Assembly (NCBI GenBank): GCA_023205875.1
Contig: CP060772.1
Span: 248,001 to 312,000 of the forward strand
Reading direction: 5' to 3'
Length of the DNA stretch: 64,000 nt
DNA from: Chloropicon primus
Taxonomy: Eukaryota
The stretch's first letter is position 1, and each line of letters opens with the position of its first letter. A model generated the notes under the pieces. It had not been told where the DNA came from and did not search any database. It saw only the letters and a list, made by a program, of their open reading frames with translations. This document shows, piece after piece, positions 43,201 to 53,896 of the stretch. Made by a program: the position numbers and the translations under genes.

Positions 43201-44761
43201 TCTCGGGGACTTGGCCAGCAAGGAATCTCAGAACGCGAGCGACGTCATGGGGGCCATTGAGTCTTCTTCCAAGCTCATGATCTTCTCGCTCTACGGGATC
43301 GATCTTGGCCTTGATTGCGGAAGGAAGGTTTTGGACCACCCAGGGGAGTGCTCTTTCCGCTGCAGAAGAGCTTGCCGCGACGCCTGGAAGCATGTTTACG
43401 ACTTTGCCCAAGTCGGTCAAAAGGAGCTCCATTCCCTGGATTTGTGCTTCGAGAACATTTTGAAGCACTATTCTGACGTTCCGCCTGGCTTGAAGAGCGA
43501 GAACTTCCTGCAGGACGTGTTCAAGGATTTGGAGGCAGTGCTGGAGGACAAGGAGGGGCTGAGGTCTGCGACAAGGCGGCTCGAAAAGAGCAGGGATAGG
43601 GAGCTGCAAGGGATGTACCCCGAGGACGCCTCTATCTTCAGAAACATCTACCGCCTCCTTATCGAGTGCACCCCAGACGAGGCCATCCTCGAGGACTGCA
43701 AGCTGTACGCGGGCCACGCCATCAAGCCGGAGGGGCACGAGGACATCCGCAGGGGGTCGAAGCCCTACGTGAACCACATCCTGATGAATCCCATGGACGT
43801 TGAGGGCTGGCTGAATCTTGGGATCTTCCTTGATCAGGCGAAAGACCTGATACAGAACGACGCGGCCAAGCTCTTTTCTCCCAACCACTTGAGGGGGGAG
43901 AAGGCAAAGGCCTCGCGCGTGGAGAATCTCCAAATGACGCGGACGTTACGGGACAGGATCGGGAAATCTCTGATCGTGGCTCACACTCTCCTAAGCGAGA
44001 GCGACACCAAGGAGCTTCGAGAGAGTGTGCTGGACCTCCTTTCGCTCTGCATGTACGACGCGGTGCAGAACGTTCCCCCGGAGTACAACCAGGACAAGGA
44101 CTCTTACGCCTACAAGCATTCCCTGCTGACTGCAAAGAGATCTTTCCAGGAGCTCAAGGAGTGCCGACACAGCGACTGGAGGCTGTGTCTTGGATTGGGA
44201 AAAGTTTTTGACAAGCTCGGGGAGCACGGGGAGGCTCAAGCCGAGTACCAGAGGGCCGTGGACTACTCGTCCGCAAAGTTGCTTGAGCCGCTGCACCGAC
44301 TGCGCGCGTCGAAGCTCAAGGTGCTGGTGAAGGCTTACCACGACGGGGACCTGGCAGCCCAGGAGGACCTGGACGCCGCAATGGAGGAGCTGGGTGCCCA
44401 GAAGGACTACCCCCCCTCGAGGTACACCCTGGCCCGCGCTCTCTACGCCGTCAACAAGAGGGCGAAAGCTCTGGAGATGATCGAGCCGTTCTTTTCGGCG
44501 GGCAAAAATGGTGGCTTCAGGGTGAACATGTGGGAGGACGAGTGCCTGCGGCACGGCAGGGAGGAGAGCAGCAGGAAGCTGGTGTGCAGAGTCAGGAAGG
44601 CGCTCTCCCTTTACATCCAGTGCCTCGTCCAGGCCAAAGACATCCAACGCATCAACGCCATGCACGTGTACCTGTCGAGGAACAGGGGTTGGGGCCAGTG
44701 CCTGAGCGACTTGCCCGTGATCCACAAGCTGTTCGCGATGGACCCTGATGAGTCAAGATAA
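40292..44761 (+). CDS. CABIN1: Calcineurin-binding protein 1-like (HIRA complex TPR subunit, Hir3/CABIN1)
   Basis: N-terminal TPRs LRFVAARNLA..., ALDLYVDAVGYDAKDVVVWHRLGSLAL..GNFVLTRFAF.RGL..SPNH, an RRSRR motif, and C-terminal LGKVFDK...EPLHRLRASKLK. TGTAA at 44788. Confidence 0.8.
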   Translation: MTQQEGSEGVEGVCAPSSSKDGNGMGKVCSKTKGGALGSLGGFAALNTRAGGGVVPASAEHAEGGEGGTLVASVSRRNANRIEEEDEEANWAREAEESAVRLKVEKAFKHIRSGELAKAKEAFEEVLGEKLKHEKQGGEEGSRDERPSTSKTIKQLRFVAARNLAKLLEEESKKAQGEGLQLKQKALDLYVDAVGYDAKDVVVWHRLGSLALEMGNFVLTRFAFSRGLSLSPNHPLLLDKYLSLCTVLGDKVNATVAAKRIVAVNPRHETALSWLVRGGERTEAGGKDVEMEEVGTPSKDGGKGKGKSNNGDSAISLPVEEVHVQVVKTSEGSVGDVLRKLLEVWKVNQKLNGQLVYVKLEFDDDDVEHPVEMDTQEVPEGSPEKETGEKGQDSPASEGSPPKATEEAEGKEGLGGKTDQAKEDNQNGKKRKKAEDKSEQPGARRSRRVKTLQKEKEEQEKIEAQKVAEEIVTMTNPNDYKSQLEESMKRLDEISQQHSKTDVEVLESVKSAAKPSDKLERSFMREFTEGQHGPRGVEDAIASLVTALASGKNPGVLAPVIQQEGVRKALKDSYVVLRHCDLHAESVMLLLEVYLDCMLEENQKKSCPSKRSRHDSNSKTGAKVSLESSMRTLADRLSTQLLLEAKKDSEVLARYYWNQSRFLKVVKDTGKLQEEYIARLKRILLRGTSDSENNPAGGSAEKMHFPWYKHDNRISVAIVEQMAQCSGNMLDSALQKSKTLYKEEKFAEVVVELGGVIRKMEENTFLPLQTHDVLDDKLNHSVLTLLMDAGQKSKHSSRIDLLCAVRLLLAVFASNSEDDEMTALLPTSLSWNVRKCAHILANLMNEDRVDGIDFTKVLSELQFIKSCFKRLLLKCYRDLYVKQGALKPASKLENPHSCRNQLIDASICLCAITLMELKAQPPDRDAQPKECLLSDVVRLFGSVHNIVVEVQAHGIRDGIFLDFALHQLKVLGDLASKESQNASDVMGAIESSSKLMIFSLYGIDLGLDCGRKVLDHPGECSFRCRRACRDAWKHVYDFAQVGQKELHSLDLCFENILKHYSDVPPGLKSENFLQDVFKDLEAVLEDKEGLRSATRRLEKSRDRELQGMYPEDASIFRNIYRLLIECTPDEAILEDCKLYAGHAIKPEGHEDIRRGSKPYVNHILMNPMDVEGWLNLGIFLDQAKDLIQNDAAKLFSPNHLRGEKAKASRVENLQMTRTLRDRIGKSLIVAHTLLSESDTKELRESVLDLLSLCMYDAVQNVPPEYNQDKDSYAYKHSLLTAKRSFQELKECRHSDWRLCLGLGKVFDKLGEHGEAQAEYQRAVDYSSAKLLEPLHRLRASKLKVLVKAYHDGDLAAQEDLDAAMEELGAQKDYPPSRYTLARALYAVNKRAKALEMIEPFFSAGKNGGFRVNMWEDECLRHGREESSRKLVCRVRKALSLYIQCLVQAKDIQRINAMHVYLSRNRGWGQCLSDLPVIHKLFAMDPDESR

Positions 44762-44938
44762 AGATAAGGATAACGGAGGGAAATCGTTGTAATCTATATA
44801 TTAAGCCAGTTCATTATCAAACAAACTCATTATTATAGCATCACCGTTTGGTGCAAACGAAAACTTGGCATGCAAACACTTGGCTTCTTGGTATGGGTAC
44901 AACTTCGCAGGGAAGCTTCGTAGGGGAGGGGGAAATTA

Positions 44939-45712
44939 TCAGTTGTGCGACGGGTCGCCGTTGTCGCGGGTTTGTCTGACCGCGAAGTACTGGAACGGCA
45001 GGGCAACGGCTAAGGTCTGCACCTTGTCGAACTCCCCGCCAAAGGCCTCCACCTTGCCGCCCTGGACGGCATTGGGAACCCGGTCAAAGGGGTTGGCATT
45101 GGCGATGGAAACCTGGGAGCCCGTGGCGATTGTCATTCTCCCGTCGGCATGCGAACCGAACGACGTCGTGTCCCCGGCCTTCTGCCCGCGAGGCATCTGC
45201 ATCCCGGCGCTCGGGATCCCTGGCTGGCCAGGGGACGCCGGAACGAGAGGCGACACGGGCCCGCGGACTTCGGCGTAGGCGTTCTTCATGGTCCACGCAT
45301 TGGACCCCCCCGCACCATTCCTGGCGTGAGTTTTTGAGTGCTGCATGGACATCGCGGCCACTGGCGAGAATTCACCCGTGCCGGAGTTCTCGCTTTCCGC
45401 GATGTTGTCTCCCGTGCTCTGGCTGTAGGACCCCGCCCACGACGGGCTCGCGTACCCGACCGCAATGCTGGAGGAGTGGGAGTTGGCCATCCCTATCTCC
45501 AAGGCGTTCACGGCGGCGTTGCCAGAGGACTCGATGTGCGTCGCTTGCGCGGGCTTCCCGATCGGCTTGCGGATCTTGTAGTTGGGCCTCCGGATGTGGT
45601 GGCGAGGGCCAGACCACGACGACGAAGCCAATGCCGAGGAGGTCGCCAGGCCGAGGAGGACCAGGAGGAGCATGGCCCTCGCGCTGGTAGTGGTGGTGGT
45701 GATGGAACTCAT
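44939..45712 (-). CDS. Hypothetical secreted Ser/Gly/Ala-rich protein
   Basis: Signal-peptide-like MLLLVLLGLATSSALA and GC3-biased codons. No recognised domain. Confidence 0.7.
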   Translation of the reverse strand: MSSITTTTTSARAMLLLVLLGLATSSALASSSWSGPRHHIRRPNYKIRKPIGKPAQATHIESSGNAAVNALEIGMANSHSSSIAVGYASPSWAGSYSQSTGDNIAESENSGTGEFSPVAAMSMQHSKTHARNGAGGSNAWTMKNAYAEVRGPVSPLVPASPGQPGIPSAGMQMPRGQKAGDTTSFGSHADGRMTIATGSQVSIANANPFDRVPNAVQGGKVEAFGGEFDKVQTLAVALPFQYFAVRQTRDNGDPSHN

Positions 45713-46306
45713 GTCGGCTCTCGATCTGTATTTTATTTCTTTCGGTGTGGGACTCCTATGTGGGCGACGGATCGTCCTTCAGAATGGCAGTTACGGGCGT
45801 TACGAAAGTCTCTACTAGCTTCCGAGACTCTAGGAGCGTTCTGCCATGGCAAACCATTTTTCGATTTCTTGAAAAATTTGGCAAAATTTTAGTGAATCAC
45901 GTGGGCGAGGATTCGCACGAGAGCAGCGAGAGTGAACACGGAGATGATTACTATACAGATGAGATCATGACAGGGAGGGGAGGGGACGGCTTCGAGTGTG
46001 GTGGACGACTGACAATGGAAGCAGAAGGAGAAGAAGAAGAAGGAGAACAGGTGGTGGGTCCCCACGAGTCCAAGAGCTTGGGTTTCTCTCCCTCCTCCTC
46101 CGATTCTATTTTAATTGGGTTTAGGTACTAATGCTACTAATGTGGGCTTGTGCCGCTTCGAGTACTTGCGGACGTCCATCGTCCCTCGATCTTTTGCGTT
46201 ACGGAGCGCCTGGCCCGTTACCCTCGGGTGGGGTTTGAATTACCCATTTTCCCTCCCAAAAAACCAAATTGTTAATGATGGGGGTTCCCCACACCCCCCA
46301 CGATAC

Positions 46307-46499
46307 TTTCTTCTACATGATTGGTCGAGAATCCACGTTTGCTTACAATATAGTTGGTTTGGTTCTAGGGGTGTGTGCGCTCGACCGTAGGCGCCCTCGA
46401 CGCCCTCGACTCTCCTCCCACGCCACTGATCAGAACCGGTACATGGAGGAAGAGGAGCTCGACCTGCTGTACGAATTCGTCCTGCTGCTTGACCTCATC
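46307..46499. repeat. 193-bp direct repeat (copy of 48859-49051, the 3' end and 3' UTR of the C2HC gene)
   Basis: Identical apart from one substitution seen (GACCGTAGG vs GACCATAGG). Also present at 59298-59490 and 61855-62047 in the large duplicate. Confidence 0.93.
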
Positions 46500-46663
46500 G
46501 AATAAAACGTTACACTTGTACTACAAAAAAAAAGTTGTTCTCAGACTTTTGTTCACGAATGATGGATGTACACAACAGGCAAGCAAGCAAGCAAGCACAA
46601 CCCCAAGCGATGCATGCTTGCATGCTCTCTCCCCCTCCCCCTCGATCTTCCAGGATGCGCGTA

Positions 46664-48389
46664 TCAAGCACCACCGCCCGCCGCCCAGCGAAGGGCGATG
46701 GGCTTGAGGACACCGAGCCCGAGGCCGACGCAGAGGAACGTTGCGATGGTGTAGCCGAGGATTCCGGAAAGGAGGGCGGGAATGTAAAACGAGCGCCAAG
46801 ACTTTGCGGCGCACATGGCAGCCGCGGTTGTGGGTCCCCCGACGTTCGCGTTGCTCGCCAGAAGGATCTCCTTGGTCGAGAACTTGAAGAAGAACTTGCC
46901 AATTCCAAGGATGAGCCCAAGGTGGGCGGAGACCTGCAGGAAGGAGAAGAGGAACACCAGGGGGGCCTTGCCGAGGACCTTGTGCACCGAGCCCCCGCAG
47001 CCCACGGCGGCGAAGAAGAATTGCATGATGAGCAGAGCCACGCCCTCCCCGGCGTCCGAGATGGTCTCCAGTCTCTTGGGCAAGGCCGTCGCCACAGTAA
47101 CGGTGATCAGCGTGGCCAGGGGCACGAGCATTCCGGGCTTCCGGATCACGTGAGTGGCGAGGAAGGAGCTGGCAAGACAAATTATGGCAGAGAACCCGAT
47201 GGCCAAGCCAGCTTCGTGGACGTCGATTGCACCCCGTCGTCGTGGCGGACGCCGATCCCTCTCCGTCTCGGAAGGGCCGCCCTCCCCCTCCCCCTCCGCG
47301 GCCTCGGGGCCGATGCCCTTCGCCAGGAAGAAGATCGCCATGAAGTAGAGCGCGCAGATCAAATTGTCTGCGGCCAACGCGGCCACCACAGTATCCGAGG
47401 TGACCTCCAGGGCAGTACTGACGCCCACGAAATTGACCGCGCCACCGATGTGCCTGCTCGCCAGAGCGCTCGCCACCTTCCAGCTGTCATGAACTCCCAA
47501 ACTCCCCACGAGCCCCTTCCCGAGAACCCAGAAGGATCCCATTGTGCTCAACAGCGTGCACAGAGAACCCAGGAGGAAAACTCCCAGCAGCCTCCTCGTC
47601 TCCTTCATCACCCTCTTCAGATCCGCTTGCATCAGCAGTAACGGCACCGCCAACGGAAGCAGCACTCGGTTGACCACAATGTACACCTCACTGGTGGCAG
47701 GAGTGACACCTGGAGCAAGCAAAGAAAGCAAAGCAAAACAATCAAGGAGAGGGAGAGAGAGAGAGAGAGAGTCAGCAAATTCCATGATGGATGATGGATG
47801 ATGAATCATGATGGTGGTGATGATGGTGATGGTGATGATGGTGGTGATGGTGATGGTGATGATGGTGGTGATGGTGATGGTGATGGTGCTGATGAGGAGG
47901 GGAGTGGATGGTTGGGATGCATCGACTCTTTCTCTTTCCAATGATCCCCTCCACTTGCACACTTTTGCTCCCTATTGCTCCCTAAAGAGAGAGAGAGAGA
48001 GAGAGAGGAGGAGGATGGTGCTGACCTGTGTTTGTGAGGATGAGGCCCGCGAGCATGGCGAGCAAAGGTGCGGAGAGCATCTTAACGAAGCTGTTCCCCC
48101 TCCTCTCGAGAGTCATTCCTAATGTCCCCGAGACGCATACAGCCGCGAGATCCCTCCACGTGTCCACCGTCACCCTGGTGGTGGTCGAGATACATGGCCC
48201 TGACCCATCGTCCCTCCCATTCCATCGAAGTCCAAGGGGAAGCCGGAAGGAGGAGAGAGAAAGGATGCAACGGCGGTGATAGTGGTGGTGATGCTGTCGA
48301 CATGCGGACGCCGCCCTGGTAGTGGTGGTGACCCCCCTCCTCCTCCTGCTCCTGCTGCTGCTCCTGCTGCTGGTCCCCCTGGCAAGCAT
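46664..48389 (-). CDS. DUF819-family membrane protein (YjcL-like, probably plastid); exons 48389-48026 and 47709-46664
   Basis: LLPLAVPLLLMQADL, ASRHIGGAVNFV, AADNL and LLASNANVGGPTTAAAM. Intron 47710-48025 is GT-AG. Transit-like N-terminus; minus-strand TGTAA at 46510-46514. Confidence 0.9.
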
Positions 48390-48429
48390 TTTAGATGAGA
48401 ATGGTGATGAAGGAGGGGGTGATGGTGAT

Positions 48430-48722
48430 GAAGGAGGGGTGATGGTGGAGGGACGGGGAGAGAGGGGGAGAGGAGGGGTCATGGATGGATGGATGTCTTG
48501 TCTCTTGCTCTTTCCAAAGAGCCCTCACTTGGGAGGAATGGTGACAGGGATCATGGCAAGGAGACAGACAGAGAGGTGATGATGATGATGATGATGGTGG
48601 AAGGAGGGGGTGATGGTGGAGGGAGGGGGAGAGGGAGAGGAGGGATCATGGATGGATGGATGCCTTGTCTCTTGCTCTTTCGAAAGAGCCCTCACTTGGG
48701 ACGAATGGGACGAATGGTGACA
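48430..48722. repeat. Imperfect ~120-bp direct duplication upstream of the DUF819 gene
   Basis: GAAGGAGGGG...CATGGATGGATGGATG.CTTGTCTCTTGCTCTTTC.AAAGAGCCCTCACTTGGGA occurs at ~48430-48546 and ~48600-48722. Confidence 0.85.
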
Positions 48723-48981
48723 TGGATCATGGTGAGGAGAGCATTGATGACGGCTTTGCTTTTGCTTTGCTTTGCCTTGGCTCATCGTCATCCACATGTC
48801 AACAGCAAACGAACGAACGAACAAACATAATAATAATAATAATAATAATGATAATTCTTTTCTTCTACATGATTGGTCGAGAATCCACGTTTGCTTACAA
48901 TATAGTTGGTTTGGTTCTAGGGGTGTGTGCGCTCGACCATAGGCGCCCTCGACGCCCTCGACTCTCCTCCCACGCCACTGA

Positions 48982-50475
48982 TCAGAACCGGTACATGGAG
49001 GAAGAGGAGCTCGACCTGCTGTACGAATTCGTCCTGCTGCTTGACCTCATCTGGTACGCACCCCTTCCGCCCCCGGCTTTGAGGGTCTTCGGACGGTGCT
49101 TCATGTCCTTGCACCTCTCGATGTGCCTCTCCGCAGCCGTCTCGTTGAACGTCCTGCCGCAGTGCGGGCAAGGGATCAATCCGTCGTCCACCGGCGTGGA
49201 GGAGGAGGACGAGCCTCCGAATCCCCCGTAGCTGCTGCTGCCGTCATTCACCCCCCTTGCCGCCATCATGGCCGCCCTGAACTGCTCGCTCTGGACTTTC
49301 CACTTTGGCTTGGAACCCCCAACGGGCCTGTCCTGGCCGAACTTTCCTCCCCTGGACCCCTGGACCTTCTTCTTCCTCGAGTTGTAACGCCCGTAACTCC
49401 CACCGCCGGAGGAGGAGGACCCCAAGCCGTCGTCCACCTTCTCCATCCCGGACATTCTAGCATCCTGGCTCGAGAACTTTGGCCTCTTGGACTTGAACAC
49501 CTTTTGGCATATCTTCATGTGCTTCTCCAGGGCCTTGGGGTTGAAGGTACGGTCGCACGTCGGGCACCGGCTCAGCACCGCAGTGGACTCCTCGCTCGCT
49601 CCGCTGCTGAACGTATCCACCTCGGAAACGTTGGAGAAGTCGTACTTGGAGTGGCTTGCCGCCGGTGCAGGATACAACTGCACCTTCTGTGGAGACTTGC
49701 TGCGATGCGTCGAAGCCGCGTTCGGACCCGCCGCGTGGTGACCGTAGCTGCCGTGATGGTGGCCTTGACCGCAGGAATGGCCGTGACTTTGGTGTGACAC
49801 CACAGGTTCTGACACCGTCCTCTTCAAGACGGTCCTCCTCTGCTCGTTCCTGTACCCGGACGTCGTCGTCCTCTCCCTCGAAGTGGTGAGCCTCGTCCGC
49901 AGGTTCTGGCCCGATGGCAAAGAAGACGAGTAACCATTGGCGTTGGTGGCCAGAACAGCGCTCGATCCAAACCTTTGCTGCATCCTCTCCCTGCTGCTTC
50001 CCCTCGATCCAAGCCTCGCTTTCAGGTTCGCCAAGCTGCTCGCGAGCTGGCCGCGCCCAAGGGACTGGCTCCTCTGCAAGGAACCGTTCGAGGACTGGCT
50101 CCTGAGTATAGCATTCTTGTTCTTCTGCTGGCTGCCAAAGGTGTTTCCAATGTAAGTCGAAGCCTTTCCATTGATGTTCTCGATATCGTTGCTGCGCACG
50201 GCTGCCGAGTACTGTCCAGCGTTGTACGCCGCACCCTCCGAGGGGTTCTCCTTCCTCCTTAAGGACAAGGAGGACATGTTGGAAGTGGTCACCGGAAGAT
50301 TAGCCCTCTGCACGGCTTGCTCCGTCTGATCGAGGTTGTACTCCACGTTGTGCAGCCACTTGTCCACCTGAGACACGTTGTCGTACCCAACGCCGACCAA
50401 AGCCGTGGCCTTGTTGCCCCCAGCACCAAAGTTATCATATACCCCAGTATTGTTTAAGGAACTGTAAGGGGACAT
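48982..50475 (-). CDS. C2HC-type zinc finger protein (ZC2HC1-like)
   Basis: CPTCDRTFNPKALEKHMKIC, KWKVQSEQFRAAM and CPHCGRTFNETAAERHIERC. The start may extend further by an upstream exon. Confidence 0.88.
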   Translation of the reverse strand: MSPYSSLNNTGVYDNFGAGGNKATALVGVGYDNVSQVDKWLHNVEYNLDQTEQAVQRANLPVTTSNMSSLSLRRKENPSEGAAYNAGQYSAAVRSNDIENINGKASTYIGNTFGSQQKNKNAILRSQSSNGSLQRSQSLGRGQLASSLANLKARLGSRGSSRERMQQRFGSSAVLATNANGYSSSLPSGQNLRTRLTTSRERTTTSGYRNEQRRTVLKRTVSEPVVSHQSHGHSCGQGHHHGSYGHHAAGPNAASTHRSKSPQKVQLYPAPAASHSKYDFSNVSEVDTFSSGASEESTAVLSRCPTCDRTFNPKALEKHMKICQKVFKSKRPKFSSQDARMSGMEKVDDGLGSSSSGGGSYGRYNSRKKKVQGSRGGKFGQDRPVGGSKPKWKVQSEQFRAAMMAARGVNDGSSSYGGFGGSSSSSTPVDDGLIPCPHCGRTFNETAAERHIERCKDMKHRPKTLKAGGGRGAYQMRSSSRTNSYSRSSSSSSMYRF

Positions 50476-51369
50476 GGTGACGGCCACAAAATCCTAATCC
50501 AATCCTTCAGTCACCTCAACGCCTCTCTCTGTCTCTGTCTCTGTCTCTGTGTGTCAACGAAGACGAAGACGACTCAATTATCAATTGATCTGTCTGTTGT
50601 CTCAACGGCCTCTAAAGGTACGAGCAAGTCTCTCCCCCAAGGGAAGGGAAACTCAAGACGAATCCAATGGTGTCGAATCCCAATGAAAAATGATGTCGAG
50701 TGATCAGCTCAAACACGCGCCTCCCGTTTTTGCTCTGCCCCCTTTGCTTTCCCTCTCCCTGCCCTTTGGCTGGATGGACGGGTTGGTGATCTAAACCACT
50801 GGGTTTGGAGTTTCGAGCAACTTGCAGTGAATGAAACGACGCGAGACTTGGCACGGATCCAAGTTGCGAGTATCCCGATCGAATGACACCGCCCTTGGCA
50901 AAAATGAATCGGTATGGGACCTACTGGGACCAACCAATGTTACGCCTCTCCTCGCTCCTCAATGGACCTCGATGGACCTCGATGGGCTCAAGGAAATTCG
51001 CTCCTTTTGGTCTCGAAACCGCGTGATGCGACGATAACACGGGATTTCTACACGAAACGACGTTCCCCCCCGAAATGACTTTTCGGTGTATTCGCTACGT
51101 GACGTACCACAGCAGTGGACGAGTCCTGTAGTATTCTCAAGCTGGGGTTGGCTTTCGTGGTCCGATGTGGAACGTCGTACAAGGAATGCGTCGTCTTTGG
51201 GTTTTTCGCGACGGATTAACAAGGGTTTCGTACAGGGAAATGTGCGGGATATTTTGGAGTCGTTGAGGGCGAACGGAAACCGGAGGCCAGAGCCGAGGAG
51301 AGCACAGCACAGCACAGCACAGCACAGTGTTTGACGAGGACGAGGATGATCGTGATGATGATCTTGGAA

Positions 51370-51423
51370 CATCACTCTTGGAGCATCACTCTTGGAGCAT
51401 CACTCTTGGAGCATCACTCTTGG
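51370..51423. repeat. 14-bp minisatellite, ~4 copies of CATCACTCTTGGAG
   Basis: Read directly from the sequence. Confidence 0.9.
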
Positions 51424-51807
51424 CGCTTGCAGCTTCGTTTCTTTCTTCGTTCCCTCCCGCTCCGTTGTCCTCTTACGTTGTCCTCTCGCTCGACAATACT
51501 TGCTGCTCATCGGCTTTGCTTCGGCTCACCATGGATGTTTGGGAAAGGAGCTGCCATGGTAAAGTATCGTCTAAGGATGCAATGGCAAGCAGCAAGTGGC
51601 TTTAAAGGTTGGACAAGAACAACGAGCTGTACTCGCTCTCTCCTCCCCGCCTTTCCATGAGGAAGCCCCTTCCCTCCGTCGAACAACTCTCGCCTCGAAT
51701 TGTTTCACGGGGCAAGTGAGGTAGCCATGGAATGTCCGAGAGGTGCGCTACCACCCTTCGTCCCTCCCGCGCCCTTGATCCGTCGTCCTCTCATCATGAA
51801 ACGCCCC

Positions 51808-51843
<36 letters not shown>

Positions 51844-52460
51844 CAGCATCAGCATCATTCGCATCAAGGCGGCGGCCGAGAGAGGGAGGGAGGGGCAGTG
51901 AGGTGAGTTTGATCAAAACATTGACGACGAGGTCGAAGAGGGACGAGGAGGGGGGGAGTTCATTTCAAAAGATCGCGTCTTTGTCTTTCGATAGACTCTA
52001 CTCTTGAAAGAATGGCGGACATGAAAGTCCTTTTCTTTCCGTTTTGGAGACCATACATGATAATTGATGATCCTCGGCCGGTGATTATACCATGTTCAAT
52101 ATCACTCTACCAACGCTGAGCCAAAAGCTTTGAGGAATGAAAACATGTTACGGATCTATATGAGGCCTTGCGATGATCATCATGACAAAGTATCCGACGA
52201 ACGGCGGTGGGGCACTACTTTCTTTGGAGTCATTGACAGCCCTCTTCCCTTCCTAGTTTTTGCCTTGTCTCTCCTCTCAGCAGGTCGTCAGTCGACGCCG
52301 CGCCTCTTGCGTTGGAATCGCCATCATTCGAAGCCAGTAACCGGCGGAGGGCAGCGCCAATGGATGGATGAGCGGGCCCAAGCTGCGATCCGGCATCGAT
52401 TTGTACAAAGTAAATGAATCCATTTGTAGAATAAATATCATGATAGGGTCTTTGGATTGA

Positions 52461-53546
52461 TCAAGTGCAGCTCGAGCACGTGCAACGGAAGCCGTAGTCC
52501 CGCAGGAGGTCTTGCCTCTCCTCTGTCTCGAGCTCGAGCTGCTCTGCGTCGAGGTAAGAGCAAGTGATTTCCTCCCCCTCCTCGATGTCGCGAAGAGCGT
52601 AGGCGTAGACCTTGGAGCAAGGCGAGTAGTCTCCCTCCTCACCCTCCTCCTCGTCGGCTTCGTAAAACATGGAGACGTTCGGTTCACAGCTGTGGTTCAT
52701 CATGCTGTGCAGGGGGTAGAACCCGGTTCCCTCCAATTCCCCGTTGTGCAAGAAGATCTCAAGATTGTTCAGCTCAAACATGCCAACCAGGGAGCCGTAC
52801 ACGTCCAGGCTGAACAAGCTGCCCTCCTCGCGTTCGCTCACGTTTCCAATTCGACTCTTCAGAGCAGCACGAAGCAGAGCGAAGGAATCCCCTGCCAGCT
52901 CTTTCAGCTGGGACCTGAACTCGTCCTCGTCCTCCACGTCGTGGGGAAGGGCCACCTGAGACCACCAAGGAGCTTTCCACCCGCACCGTATCGCATCCAA
53001 GAAAGAAGCGGCAGATGACTCCGCCGAGTCCGACCCCGCCCCGCTTCCTGTTTTGCTGCTTCCCTCCCCCTTGTCCTTGAGCAACGAAGCGACAATCATC
53101 GCGTAAAACTGCGTGCGTGCGTGAACGAGGAGAAGAGGGGCGCGTCGTCAGCTCTCTGAACTTCTCATCATTTCTATCGAGACGTCGAAACCCGTAAGTC
53201 ACCTTACCCTTGCAGCGAGTCTGAAAATGTCGTTGGTGCTGTCGGCGTGGTCGTTGAACTCCCTCATGTAGTGCCTCCCGGGATCGTCTCCTTCGCGATC
53301 CCCTCCCGCGAGAGGGCCGCAGCACAGCAAGTGATGGTAGTGCCGCCACGCAACCGTTTCGCAGCTCGTGCAGCAGTAGCACTCGCTGCAACCGCCTCGG
53401 CAACGGACGACAGCGCTTCCCGAGCCCACCCGTGAGCTCGATGATGACCCCGACACCCTGCCCCCAGCCGTGCCAAGAAACGCATCCCTGTCCCCCAAGG
53501 AACCTGCACCGCGCGAGCGAGAGCGACGACGCCACGGGAACAAGTT

Positions 53547-53578
<32 letters not shown>

Positions 53579-53896
53579 AGCTGGTGCTAAAGAAGATTCT
53601 TCGATCCTGAAGACCAGCGACGACTCACCTAATCGCTTCATGCATCGGTCGCATGCCCAAGACGCTTCCTTGCTCGCAGAGTGCTGCATACTTATCACAG
53701 GCTCGTCCTCGAAAGCAACATAACCTTGCTCAATGATACTCCTCGCGAAGACGCCTTTCCCTTTCCCGTCACCAGCATTCGACCTCACCTCCACATGCTC
53801 CCTCTCCAGACCCTCGAGGTGACGCCTGACAAATTCACCGTCCTCCTTCACCCCTCCATACTCCTCTATCCCTCCCCTCTCCTCCTCTGTAGCCAT
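52461..53896 (-). CDS. SET/MYND-type lysine methyltransferase (SMYD5/ATXR2-like); exons 53896-53629, 53503-53208 and 53108-52461
   Basis: KGKGVFA, CDRCMK, CRGGCSECYCCTSC...HHLLC, GTGFYPLHSMMNHSCEPN, GEEITCSYLD and YGFRCTCSSC. Two GT-AG introns give a continuous frame. Confidence 0.88.

Noticed and set aside
47772..47960. Poly-His protein ORF (also 60763-60951)
   Set aside because: It is a (CAT/CAC)n microsatellite within the DUF819 intron.
51327..52417. Gene between the C2HC and SET genes
   Set aside because: Only short low-complexity ORFs with no supported exon chain. A small or non-coding gene cannot be excluded.
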